Shown piece by piece: positions 37,822-48,300 of a stretch of 64,000 bases of DNA. The position numbers and the translations under genes are program-made. Origin of the DNA: Candidatus Thorarchaeota archaeon. GTDB taxonomy: Archaea > Asgardarchaeota > Thorarchaeia > Thorarchaeales > Thorarchaeaceae. The notes under the pieces are model-generated. The model ran no database searches and was not told the origin of the DNA. It saw only the letters and a program-made list of their open reading frames with translations. The stretch spans positions 32,001 to 96,000 of the forward strand of contig JBHIAE010000005.1 of assembly GCA_046758445.1 (NCBI GenBank), read 5' to 3'. Numbering within the stretch: the stretch's first letter is position 1; each line of letters opens with the position of its first letter.

Positions 37822-38175
37822 CTATTTGCCTGAATTCATGGAAAGTCTTGATGCAACAGTGCCACCAATAGCCCCTCCAAACGCACCTACTAATGACAGG
37901 ATGAAGACTGCCTGGAGGATTACCAGCGGATCGGACATCGAGCGTTGAAGGACATCGAGAAAACCAATCAGCAATGGATAGACGAGTAGAGCACCCAGCA
38001 GGCCAACAAGTGTGCCTGTTCCTACTCGCGACGCTAGGTAGCCGCCGATGGCTCCTGCCACGAAAGGAGCAAGCACAAAGAGGACTACGTAGAGCCCAGC
38101 ATTAAGCAGGGCCACTGCAATTACGATTCCGGAGAGGCGGACCAGCTCGGCCCGAAACGTTTGTCGTTGAGTCAA
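37822..38175 (-). CDS. Small membrane protein
   Basis: About four Gly/Ala-rich hydrophobic segments. Confidence 0.6.
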   Translation of the reverse strand: MTQRQTFRAELVRLSGIVIAVALLNAGLYVVLFVLAPFVAGAIGGYLASRVGTGTLVGLLGALLVYPLLIGFLDVLQRSMSDPLVILQAVFILSLVGAFGGAIGGTVASRLSMNSGK

Positions 38176-38360
38176 GATGAGCCATCAGTTGCGCATCCGA
38201 GGTGGGTTATAACCATGCCGTTCACCCATGCACTGTCACTGTAGCCCGGCTCGTCATGAAAGGAGGAGTAGAAGTGACGAGAATCAAAGTGAGATGGGAA
38301 CAATGAGGAGGGTTTAATATTCATTTCTGGATTTCTCGGGCTCATCAGGAGAAGCCTGGA

Positions 38361-39284
38361 TTGTCAATGACTATGGCGGTGCCCAAGGGATACGACTTGT
38401 TAATGTCCGTTCATTCATGGATATACCCCGACGTCCAACCTGTTCCCGAGAAGACAGGTCCTGAATGGTATGGACGAGTTCTCACCATAGACCAATTGAG
38501 ATGCCCAACAGTTGTCAAGCAGCCCCGACCTGGAAGTCGTCTTAAAGTGTCCTTCTCGTCTGACAATCTTAGCGGGAAAGAAGTGGCTCGAAAGGTCAGA
38601 AGAGTCTTGGGATTTGACATTGAGACTCGACCAGCCCTCGACAGGATCCTTGAGGACGATGCCATTTCCTATGTCGCTACGAAGATTCAGGGGATACGTC
38701 CCTACATTGCAGACAGTCCTTTTGAAGCACTTGTCAAGTCGATCATACAGCAGCAGATCTCTTACAGAGCCGCCAATCTGATTACGAAGCGATTGATCCT
38801 CGGTCTGTCTAGCCCTAAGCCAGCTGAAGGCGAGTACCTCTATATGTTCCCAGAAGCTTCATCGTTGAAGGACTGCGGGATTGACCGACTGAAAGGTTAT
38901 GGCCTGGGATATAGGGCTGAATACGTCAACAACGTGTGTACTCTGGTCGAAGCCGGCAAGCTCGATTTACAAAGACTGCTCGAAGTGCCATGTGAAGAAA
39001 TCCTTGAAGCATTATCTGGCATTCGTGGAGTGGGAGAGTGGACAGTTCAGACGTTCATGATTGCAGGAATTGGAAACCTCAGCATCTTTCCTTATGGGGA
39101 TCTTGGTACCAGGAATCTTCTGGGGCGAATCTACAATGCTGGCAAAAGGATGAGCGCGCAGGGAGTCATTGAAAGAAGCAAGGCTTGGGGTCAACACGGA
39201 CCAATGATACTCTATTTGCTAATGTGTGCAGATGTGCTAGGACTTTGCGAGAGTGCAAGCAGGCCGAAAATGCATAAAAGGTGA
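38361..39284 (+). CDS. alkA: DNA-3-methyladenine glycosylase II (HhH-GPD)
   Basis: PFEALVKSIIQQQIS, FPEA, IRGVGEWT, FPYGDLG. Confidence 0.85.
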   Translation: MSMTMAVPKGYDLLMSVHSWIYPDVQPVPEKTGPEWYGRVLTIDQLRCPTVVKQPRPGSRLKVSFSSDNLSGKEVARKVRRVLGFDIETRPALDRILEDDAISYVATKIQGIRPYIADSPFEALVKSIIQQQISYRAANLITKRLILGLSSPKPAEGEYLYMFPEASSLKDCGIDRLKGYGLGYRAEYVNNVCTLVEAGKLDLQRLLEVPCEEILEALSGIRGVGEWTVQTFMIAGIGNLSIFPYGDLGTRNLLGRIYNAGKRMSAQGVIERSKAWGQHGPMILYLLMCADVLGLCESASRPKMHKR

Positions 39285-39321
39285 CGAGTTGCTGGTGACC
39301 TGGGCACCTGGGTGAAGCTCT

Positions 39322-40482
39322 TTGACTGTGAATAACAAGAAGAAGAACACCAAGCAGTGGCGCATATACTCGATGTTCCTCAAAGAGTTGCGGCTCATCC
39401 AGAATGACAAGTTCGCTCTTCTCCTCATCTTCGCACTGCCAACGATGATTATGGCCACTATGTACGTCGCCATTAACCAAGGTGGCGCAGGATTCATTCC
39501 AGCAGATGCTGCTGGCAAAAGTGAGGACGCTATCAGTCTAGGGGTAGTTGATGTTGATCCGACTGATACATTCCCTGGTCAGGATCTTTCTGCAAACTTC
39601 ACATGGTATCTGCAGAACAGTACTGACTTCATTGTCGTGATATTTAGCAATGAGAGTGAAGCTCTCAACGCACTCTACTACGACAGCATTGATGCGTATG
39701 CAGTAATCCCTTACGGCTTTGAAGGAAACATAACCGGAAACATACCTGCTTTCGTCAACCTTCATATCAGCAGCACAAACTTTCAGAGCCAATCAGCTGT
39801 CTTCTCAAGCTTCAGCTCGGTCGTAGCAGAATTCAGGTATGACCATGGTTGGATAAGGAACGAGGTGGACCTCGACACTGTGCGAGAGTTTGAACCTTCA
39901 GGGAACTACACCGCAGCCACCTTTGGTGTCTTTATGATGGTGTTCGCAGTGTTCATCGCTACCGCAGCCACTGCTGCTCAGGCGATTGTGGGGGATGTAC
40001 CGCTCAATAGGATGTTGTTGACGCCGGCCACAAAAATGGAGGCAATCCTGGCCAAGATCCTCGCCTACTTCTCTGTCGGCTTTGTCCAAAGCTGGTTCCT
40101 GCTGTTCATGTGGCTGGGGCTCTTCAACATAGTTCCAAATACTGACATACTTACATTGGATGCAGTTCTGCTTCTGATGTCCATCTCGGGATCAGCATTA
40201 GGTGTTGCGATATCGACGCTTGTGACGACTAGGCTGCAGGCGAATCAATCATTCCTGTTCCTCTTGTTTGGATCGATGATTGTAGGAACAGGCTTTATGG
40301 ATGTGGGGATAATAGATGACGTCTATCCTCTGAACTTGGGACGAGTGATGATCATTGATACCGCCTTCAAAGGCATCGAACTCAGTCAATTCATGAACGA
40401 CATAGTCACGATAGCGATATTCACAGCCTTCTCCCTCTTGTTTGCCTGGGGAGTCTTCTCTAAGAGAACAAGCCTCGCCTAG
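39322..40482 (+). CDS. ABC-2 type transporter permease
   Basis: KELRLI, one TM followed by an extracellular domain, RMLLTP, ILAK, then several TM segments. Confidence 0.8.
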   Translation: MTVNNKKKNTKQWRIYSMFLKELRLIQNDKFALLLIFALPTMIMATMYVAINQGGAGFIPADAAGKSEDAISLGVVDVDPTDTFPGQDLSANFTWYLQNSTDFIVVIFSNESEALNALYYDSIDAYAVIPYGFEGNITGNIPAFVNLHISSTNFQSQSAVFSSFSSVVAEFRYDHGWIRNEVDLDTVREFEPSGNYTAATFGVFMMVFAVFIATAATAAQAIVGDVPLNRMLLTPATKMEAILAKILAYFSVGFVQSWFLLFMWLGLFNIVPNTDILTLDAVLLLMSISGSALGVAISTLVTTRLQANQSFLFLLFGSMIVGTGFMDVGIIDDVYPLNLGRVMIIDTAFKGIELSQFMNDIVTIAIFTAFSLLFAWGVFSKRTSLA

Positions 40483-40526
40483 CGCACCCGCTTGAGTTGT
40501 CTATTGAGAGTACTCTGACGGCAGAT

Positions 40527-41333
40527 TCAGATTCCGAGATAGGCCAAGATTACGAGAGCGGCGTTGTTGAGGCCATGTGCCACAGTGGGGCCCATAATTG
40601 AGTAGTTCCTCTTCTGAGCCAGGCCTCCAAGGAAGAGTCCAATTACAAGACGTGTTGGAAAGCCAAGTGGTTCAAGATGCATCAAAGCGAAAACGATGCT
40701 TGTGACTATCAGTGCATAGAGCTGGGGTCTTGACTGTCGCGAGCTGAAGTACAATTCCATACGTCGCTGCAGGAATCCTCTGAACAGCAACTCCTCACTA
40801 AACCCAACGATAAGGAACATGGCAGCAATCCACACAGCTGCTTCAAGACCACTTGATATGACGAAAAGTGACTCATCGCCAATTCCGGGTCTTCCAGCAA
40901 TGAGGTCGATGAAGAATGTGATAGTATAGTTGGCAAAGAGAATCAATATGCCCACGCCAAGTCCGATTACTACTTCCTTCGCTGAACCTAATCTGGAAAG
41001 CCCAATCGACTTCAGACTGAGCCCATTCCTTCTTACATACCATAATGGTGGAAATATGAGGCCTATCTCCGCGAAGGTTATGAGCAAGAGAGCAGCGGGG
41101 TCGATTATGATGGTCATGGTCACAACATCAATGTAGATCAGCCCGGCAGCCATCATAGGGACCATCATTACGAATGTGAGGAGGATGGTCAAGCCAAACG
41201 CCACGCCAGTAAGAACGAAGATATGGAAGAGTCTGTCCCAATCGATCTCGCGTTCCATCTCGGCTCCTGGAACGAAAATGTCAATGCCTGAGTATTCTTT
41301 CATCTCCGCGGAATCTGGATCATAGACTGCCAA
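40527..41333 (-). CDS. CPBP (Abi/type II CAAX) intramembrane protease
   Basis: EELLFRG, FALMH, HGLNN. Confidence 0.9.
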   Translation of the reverse strand: MAVYDPDSAEMKEYSGIDIFVPGAEMEREIDWDRLFHIFVLTGVAFGLTILLTFVMMVPMMAAGLIYIDVVTMTIIIDPAALLLITFAEIGLIFPPLWYVRRNGLSLKSIGLSRLGSAKEVVIGLGVGILILFANYTITFFIDLIAGRPGIGDESLFVISSGLEAAVWIAAMFLIVGFSEELLFRGFLQRRMELYFSSRQSRPQLYALIVTSIVFALMHLEPLGFPTRLVIGLFLGGLAQKRNYSIMGPTVAHGLNNAALVILAYLGI

Positions 41334-41466
41334 ATGGAGTTACACCGTGAGCTGGGGGATTATGTGTTTTGATAAGGGTTTAGTTCGGTATCAGATTCTT
41401 GCTGCATTCGATACACTTTATCAATACCCTATCATCCATGTGAGAGCTGGGTCGGGACTGTAACAG

Positions 41467-43479
41467 GTGGTGAGTCTACAATTGGATGGAGATGCTGAGC
41501 CAACACCCGTGAGGGGGACTGCACTCCTAGTTATCACCATCATCATTGTCGCTATTTCTCTGGGCGCCGCCGTACTACCACGAAATGGACCTACACCGGA
41601 TCTTAGAGTTAGAGTTGCAGTCATTGACTCAGGTATCACGAAAGACGGAGAGCTTCTTGCGAGAGTTGTGGCAGAAACGAGCTTCATAAACTCAACCTTC
41701 GGCTACAATGCAGTGGACAACTCAACTGAGGATAGCCAACCTAATGGTAGTCCGCATGGAACATATGTTGCAAAGATACTCTCGCGCAAAGCCCCGGATG
41801 CCGCCATTGTCAATGCGAAGGTCGTAACGGCGAACAACACCGCAACTATTGAGGGCATCATCAGCGCGATTCGCTGGGCTGTTGACGAGGAGAACTGTAG
41901 CGTCATCAACATCAGTCTCGGCACTCTTCCAACCACGAAGAGTCAACTAGGTGAAGTGGTGAAATGGGCATTTGAGAGGGGTGTTTCGATTGTGGCGGCT
42001 GCCGGAAACAACGGCATGGGTGGGGTGGCTGGGACCTCGATCGAATCCCCTGCAGTCAATCCAGAGGTTATTGCAGTGGGTGCGACTGATGACAGAAACA
42101 GAATATACGATTTCTCGGCGAGAGGACCCCTCTGGGACCGGACCATCAAACCTGACATAAGTGCACCCGGTTTCTATACAGAAAACGGGGTTACCGTGTT
42201 CGGGACTAGCTATGCTACTCCTGTAGTTTCAGCGGCCGCCGTCAGACTCATCGAGTTCTGCGAAGAGAATGACCTATCTTGGACACCGGGTATGATAAAG
42301 GCCACATTACTGGCAAGTGCAACTCATCTCTCCGTAGAAGAATGGGAAGTAGGGGCGGGTGTTGTTGACTTGGTTGAAGCCCTGTCCTTGATCGAGAACG
42401 CAATGGAAAGCGAAGGCCTTCCACAGATTGCAGCACTCTCTCCAACCTCCGGTCCTTTTAGCTTTGAACGTTGGTTTGTGAATTCTACCACTCACGTGTC
42501 TCTATCAGTGTTTTGCAGCAACATCACGACATTCTCGATTCTCTATGCAGGCTCTGCTTCGGAATGGGTGACGGGACCCCAAAACGTCACCGCTAATCAG
42601 ATCGGCAAATTCCACTTTGAAATCAGAGTCGTGGCGAACGAAACTCAAAACGATCTCGACCTAGAAGTAGTTCTCATCTCTCCCGGCTACAGCTTCCTCA
42701 GAGCAAGTTTCACCTTTGACGCAGCATCTCCTCAGGCAAGGATTGCATTTGATTTTAGTCATACTCCATGGCTCATTGATTCCATCTATGGACAGTTCAA
42801 GAGTATGTACGAGCTGATTACACAGGCAGGAATTGCAGTCGAGGAGATCAGGTTTCCACAAGAGATCATTTCAAAGAATCTCACCGAGTATGATGCAATC
42901 TTCATCGTGGATCCTAGTGCTTGGTACTATTCAATGCTCGACAACGAAACCATTCCCGCTCCTATTTTCTCATATTCCCCGGCGGAGATTACATCGTACA
43001 CGGACTATTGGAATGCAGGTGGAAGCCTCATTGTTTTGGGACTTGGGAACTCCAGCCTCAACCTATCATCAGCGAACGAGCTACTTTGGCCATTTGGATT
43101 TCAATTGAATTACGATCAGATACCGGCCGTCACAATTGTTGTGAATGGAGTATCCTCCACCGAATTGATAACGGACATACAGGAGCACAACGCGACCTCT
43201 GGAATAGGTTCTTTCGATTTCAACGGTTGCTCAGTGAACTACACTGGAGGAGCCTACTCTCTGGCTCAGACTGAGGTCAGCTTTCTTCTTACCAACGGTT
43301 CGCTGAGTCAGGAGAACCGAACGGTCATGGCTGCACTAGAAGGAGCAGGTGGAGGAAGAATGATTGTGTCTGGCAGCAATTTCCTGTTTGACAATTGGGG
43401 AATATCAGGCGGATACCAATCCGATCAGAATGCGCTTTTTGTTCTTCAGATTACAAAATGGTTGACAGGCATTATTTGA
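41467..43479 (+). CDS. Membrane-anchored S8 subtilase, site-1-protease (MBTPS1)-like
   Basis: Catalytic D (VAVIDSG), H (HGTYVA) and S (GTSYATP), oxyanion AAGN, N-terminal TM, many N-x-S/T sequons, C-terminal domain with GGRMIVSG. Confidence 0.88.
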   Translation: MVSLQLDGDAEPTPVRGTALLVITIIIVAISLGAAVLPRNGPTPDLRVRVAVIDSGITKDGELLARVVAETSFINSTFGYNAVDNSTEDSQPNGSPHGTYVAKILSRKAPDAAIVNAKVVTANNTATIEGIISAIRWAVDEENCSVINISLGTLPTTKSQLGEVVKWAFERGVSIVAAAGNNGMGGVAGTSIESPAVNPEVIAVGATDDRNRIYDFSARGPLWDRTIKPDISAPGFYTENGVTVFGTSYATPVVSAAAVRLIEFCEENDLSWTPGMIKATLLASATHLSVEEWEVGAGVVDLVEALSLIENAMESEGLPQIAALSPTSGPFSFERWFVNSTTHVSLSVFCSNITTFSILYAGSASEWVTGPQNVTANQIGKFHFEIRVVANETQNDLDLEVVLISPGYSFLRASFTFDAASPQARIAFDFSHTPWLIDSIYGQFKSMYELITQAGIAVEEIRFPQEIISKNLTEYDAIFIVDPSAWYYSMLDNETIPAPIFSYSPAEITSYTDYWNAGGSLIVLGLGNSSLNLSSANELLWPFGFQLNYDQIPAVTIVVNGVSSTELITDIQEHNATSGIGSFDFNGCSVNYTGGAYSLAQTEVSFLLTNGSLSQENRTVMAALEGAGGGRMIVSGSNFLFDNWGISGGYQSDQNALFVLQITKWLTGII

Positions 43480-43482
43480 AAC

Positions 43483-43866
43483 TCATAGGAGCGGTGCGAT
43501 GTTCTCACAAGCAGTTTTTGCAGCATATACTAGAAGCCCTGTCTTCATACTCTTACCTGCAGCAAGAACTAGAATCGCCTTCTCACCTGCGCTCTTCATT
43601 ATCATCAGGCCAGATTCGTTCGTGAGAAGGACCTCCTCTAGAAGCCCCTGGTCCATCCTCTCTGCGGCCAAGTCGGCGACTCCCAGAATTGATGCCGCCA
43701 TCGCTGCAATCTCCGCTTCCTCAAGTCCCTGTGGCACAGCACATGCGATAGGTAGGCCCTCCTTGGAGAGAAGCATCCATGCTCTTATTCCCGTGGCAAG
43801 CGAAGTGGCCTCTTCCATTATCTGACGAAGTTTTCCCTGCAGTTCCTCGAATGCGGGGTCGAACAC
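43483..43866 (-). CDS. Roadblock/LC7 domain protein
   Basis: LLSKEGLPIA, IAAMAASILG, AILVLAA...GLL. Confidence 0.88.
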   Translation of the reverse strand: MFDPAFEELQGKLRQIMEEATSLATGIRAWMLLSKEGLPIACAVPQGLEEAEIAAMAASILGVADLAAERMDQGLLEEVLLTNESGLMIMKSAGEKAILVLAAGKSMKTGLLVYAAKTACENIAPLL

Positions 43867-44112
43867 GGTGGCCTACCTCCTCACTATCCTTACGGCGGAA
43901 AGGTGAAGGAAATGCGCATTAATAAAGTTTGATAACATAGCTTCATGGAACAAAACAAGATGGCCCAGTTTCACGAAACAACATGTGCGTTGATTGTCAG
44001 ACATGATGGATGATATGCCATTGAACCAGGAACGACTCTATTAGGGGGCGTGCCTGGCTCTAACCTATGTTTCAAGATAGATATAATGTCCTCATGAAAT
44101 GGCCAAGATGTG

Positions 44113-44949
44113 CTATGGTTCTACCCAGAACATCCTATCCCTGATCTCTTCAATTGGAGTTGACCAAGTGTGGTCCTTCAAATCAGCTTGAGCCATCAAC
44201 GGAACTTCATCATCAATCATGAATGACTCAAGATGTCCGCAAAAGAAGAGTGACGTGATATCCACTGTCTTCATCAAGTTGTCACTGATGTCCAGCCAGA
44301 GCAGGTTCTCGCATTCCATCAGTGGAAGCAGATCGATCTGCAGTATCTTCGTATTCCGCAGCCAGAGGCCTTCAAGCGATGCGCAGCTCCTGAGTGGCGA
44401 GATGTCTATTTCATCAAATCGGTTATTCTCCAGAAACAACTCTTGGAGGTTTGTGCATTTCGACAATGGTCGCAAGTCCACGCCAATCAGTTCATTGTTG
44501 TCGAGTCTCAGGAATCTAAGAGCTGAGCATTTGCTGAGAGGTGACAGGTCTAGGATCGAAAAGCTATTGGATTGAAGATTGAGTTCTTTCAGACGTTTGC
44601 ACTTCATCAAAGGTGTTAGATCAATTCGCTGTAGTCTATTCATCTCTAGTGAAAACGTGTCAAGGCTCTTGCACTTCCCAAGGGATGTGATATCAATTAA
44701 TGCGAGGAGATTTGAGCCGAGAGAGAGTATTTCGAGGTCCTGACATTTTCCGAGTGGTTCTAGGTCAATGCTGCTGATAGAGTTGCTTGACAGATTCAGC
44801 TCTCGTGGATTCGGGCATTCTGCTAGGGGTGAAAGATCGACTCCTACTATGTTTCGACCAGACAGATCCAATTCGGCCGTGTCATCACCCTTATCGAGAT
44901 GCAGCTCCTCTCCACTTTCATTCGTGAAGTTGACACGTATATCAGGCAT
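44113..44949 (-). CDS. Leucine-rich repeat protein (about 9 x 22-aa LxLxxNxLxxIDLxPLxxC repeats)
   Basis: Repeats visible directly in the translation. Confidence 0.9.
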   Translation of the reverse strand: MPDIRVNFTNESGEELHLDKGDDTAELDLSGRNIVGVDLSPLAECPNPRELNLSSNSISSIDLEPLGKCQDLEILSLGSNLLALIDITSLGKCKSLDTFSLEMNRLQRIDLTPLMKCKRLKELNLQSNSFSILDLSPLSKCSALRFLRLDNNELIGVDLRPLSKCTNLQELFLENNRFDEIDISPLRSCASLEGLWLRNTKILQIDLLPLMECENLLWLDISDNLMKTVDITSLFFCGHLESFMIDDEVPLMAQADLKDHTWSTPIEEIRDRMFWVEP

Positions 44950-45345
44950 GCGGGGAGCCTCAGCTAGTTTCTTCCTTTGTTTCGCAACGTTCGCAGGATG
45001 AATGATTAGGTTTCACTTTCTGATTCATGTGGAACGCGTCTTGACTCATGTACGCACTCGCCATTCTCTAACGCATCTCTGGCTGAATCGGGGACCTCGG
45101 ACCCGTCTTATAAGACTGTGATAGCCTTTCTATGTCTGACATTCTCTCAAAAGAATTCGTTGGGAATTAATCTGGGTAATAGCTCAAGCTGAAGCCATTT
45201 GAGCGCCATACACGACAAGGATAGAAGAAATCGACCCGCCCCTTCTGATGATCGGGGGTAAGACATCGTTCCATCCAATCCTTCACAATTGACTGCGCTT
45301 CAATTCCTTGCAGGAGTAGACTGTGGATAGGGCGGAGCCAAGGCA

Positions 45346-48300
45346 ATGAGAAGAAATGGATTAGTCTTCATGTTTACTGTTGTCCTATTTGGATTCATTT
45401 TGTCAATGCCAACTAGCTCCTTCGTGTCTATTGGAGCACAGAATCTTGATCAGCGTCCTTATTCGAAGTATGAATTGTCGGGGTTTGGCGACAACCTAGA
45501 GGACTTTGTGGATCAGACTTCAGACCTTCACGCACCGGCGGACTTGGGCACACACTCGACATTTTCGGATATCCAAGACTATGGAGTCAACTACGACCAA
45601 ATGCAGGAAGAAGACACAGGTGGCATAGGTGGCGGGGTCCTAGTTGAAGACTACCTAGATCAGACAAGCGACGTTGATATTTCGCCAGACTTGGGCAGTC
45701 ACGGTGCATTTGCAGACCTTCAAGATACCGATGATACCTACGACCTGCTGTCAGAGGCTCTGCCTACGGCGCCTCCTGTTTTCCAAAGCAGTGCAGAGTC
45801 TTGGTCTGCAGTAGGTCAAGCTGGCCACAGTTTCAACTACACTCTTACTACCTTTTCTGGCGATAATCGACTTGTTGTTGTTGGAGTCGCTTGGGAAGAC
45901 GCCGAGGCAACTGCAGATGTTACAGATATCACTTTCAACTCTGTATCAATCGCTACAGAACAAATCGCAGAGATAGTCGCTGATGTAGGATTCTCTACGT
46001 ATGTGGCTGGTTGGTATATACTTGACGCGAATCTGCCTTCAAAAGCTGGGTCCTACAACATAACTGTCACTGTAAGTGAAGCTATAACAAGAGAGATCAT
46101 GGTGTTTGTAGCAGAATACACCGGAGTCGAACAAGAGGCGCCTGACGACACAGGAAGTCACCAGACACCGAATCCAGGTGATACGACCTTCACAGTCACC
46201 GCGAACGAGGACAATGCATTGATTGTTGCTGTTGGGTGTACTGGGGGAACAACCTCCATGACATCGGTGACTGGTGGTATCAGCAACCACGAGGATGTAT
46301 CCGATCCTACAGTTACTTCAGAGGGTGGTGCAATAGCGGACTATATTGGTGCAACATCAGGTGACCACACTGTTGGTTGGACTGGACTTGCTACCAGAGC
46401 CTGTTCGATCGGTGGTGTCTGGAGTGGTGCTGCCAGTTCATCCGATTATCAGATGGACCTAGAGGTTCAGTTCACGACAGTTGTCGATTTCTTGATAACT
46501 GAAGAGTTGTGTATTAAGACGGGGACATTCTCAGGCTCAGAGGACATCAATGTCACATATTGGAGCGGGTCTTCTTGGACAAGCATTGCCTCCGATTTGA
46601 CTGCTAGTCAGTGGAACAACTTCACAGTCTCATTGACAAGTTCAACCTTCGCAATCAAGTTTGGTGGATCGTCCACAACCTCTGATGCAGTGTTAGACAC
46701 TTGGAACATTGATTCAGTCCTACTTCAGGTTTCAGGAGCTGGATCGAAAGAGGACGTAGTGGATGTACAGAGCGATGTAGATGGTTCTGCTGATGTTGGG
46801 ACTCACAGCTCATTTGCAGAGATGCAGACCGCCGACCTCACGTATGATACATTGACGGAAATCGACACCGCCGGTTCACTGTCAGGAACTGTCGGCTACA
46901 CGTTTCCAGGCTTCACCGATCTAAATCAACTTGAGATAAATGAGATAATACTCTGTCAGTTCTCTCTTGGAGAAGACAATGTCAACGTGTATAGCATGAG
47001 TGCTTACGGAAGGATTGATGCCGGCTTTGGTACAGAAGTAGTCAGATATCTGATATACGCTGACAGTGCTGGTTCCCCTGGGGCCTATCTAGGCCCAACC
47101 AACCAGGGCACTTGGACCGCATCAGCAAGTTGGACTACATTAGATATGGAAACGAATCTCACTTTGAGTTCTGGCGATTATTGGCTGGGCCTATGGAGCA
47201 ATGACGAGATAAGGCCCTACTATCAGTTCGGTGCAGCTGGTCAGACTGCCATGAACGTGAGTAGCAGTAGCTATCCTGCACAGCCGGATCCATTCGGTTC
47301 CGTCACTGAATGGCATAATCGGGAGGTTTCAGTGTATTTCAGTTGGGACAAGGATCTTCCAAATAACTATGAACTCGATCTTGAGGTTCAATTCACTGAT
47401 ATTCCATATCTGTTGCCTGTTGAGAAGCTCTGCATTTACGCGGGAGCCGTTGATGCCGAGGACATTATTGTTCAAATTCGGACTGATGGTGGCACATGGT
47501 CAAACGTAACTACTGATCTGACGGGCTCATCTTGGAACAATCACACGATCAAACTCAATACCACCACCCTGACCATACGTTTCATCGACGGTACGCCGAC
47601 CGGTGATACTAGTCAGGGAACATGGCAGATTGACATCGCTCTGATGTATCTCGAACATCCAGGTGGCGGTGCTGGCTCCATTTCATTTAGGGCCTTTGCA
47701 GCCGCAGTCGGACAAGACACCACTTCTGTCATAATCAATAAACCCAGTGGAACGATACAGAACGATGTGATGGTGTGTACGGTCTTAACTACCGGTGGAA
47801 CTGGAGTGACTTTCACGCTGACAGGATGGACTATCATTCAACGACACGATAGCGGAACAACACTCGCTCAGGCACAGTATTACAAGGTCGCAGGTGCAAG
47901 CGAACCAGCAACATATACCATTTCATTCAGTCCACAAGTTGTTGGAGCGGCTGTTGGTATCGCAACCTACATTGGAGTGGACACCACAACTCCAATAGAC
48001 GCGTACAGTGGGCAGGTAAATGCTGCATCCACAAGTGTCACAGCCCCTTCTATCACTACGACATCAGCAAATGCTATGCTAGTAGGAGGATTTGGGACTT
48101 TCGTACAGACTACTATCACACCAGCCACAGGCATGACAGAACGCTATGATATTGTCGGTGGAATCGGTGGTGACGACCAAATAACGGATGAGGTAGCTGA
48201 TGAAGTAAAAGCCACAGCAGGCGCAACTGGAACACGAGTAGCCACTGCAGGACTAAGTGCGGTTAGTATCGGACAACTGATTGCTCTGAAACCCGCTGCA

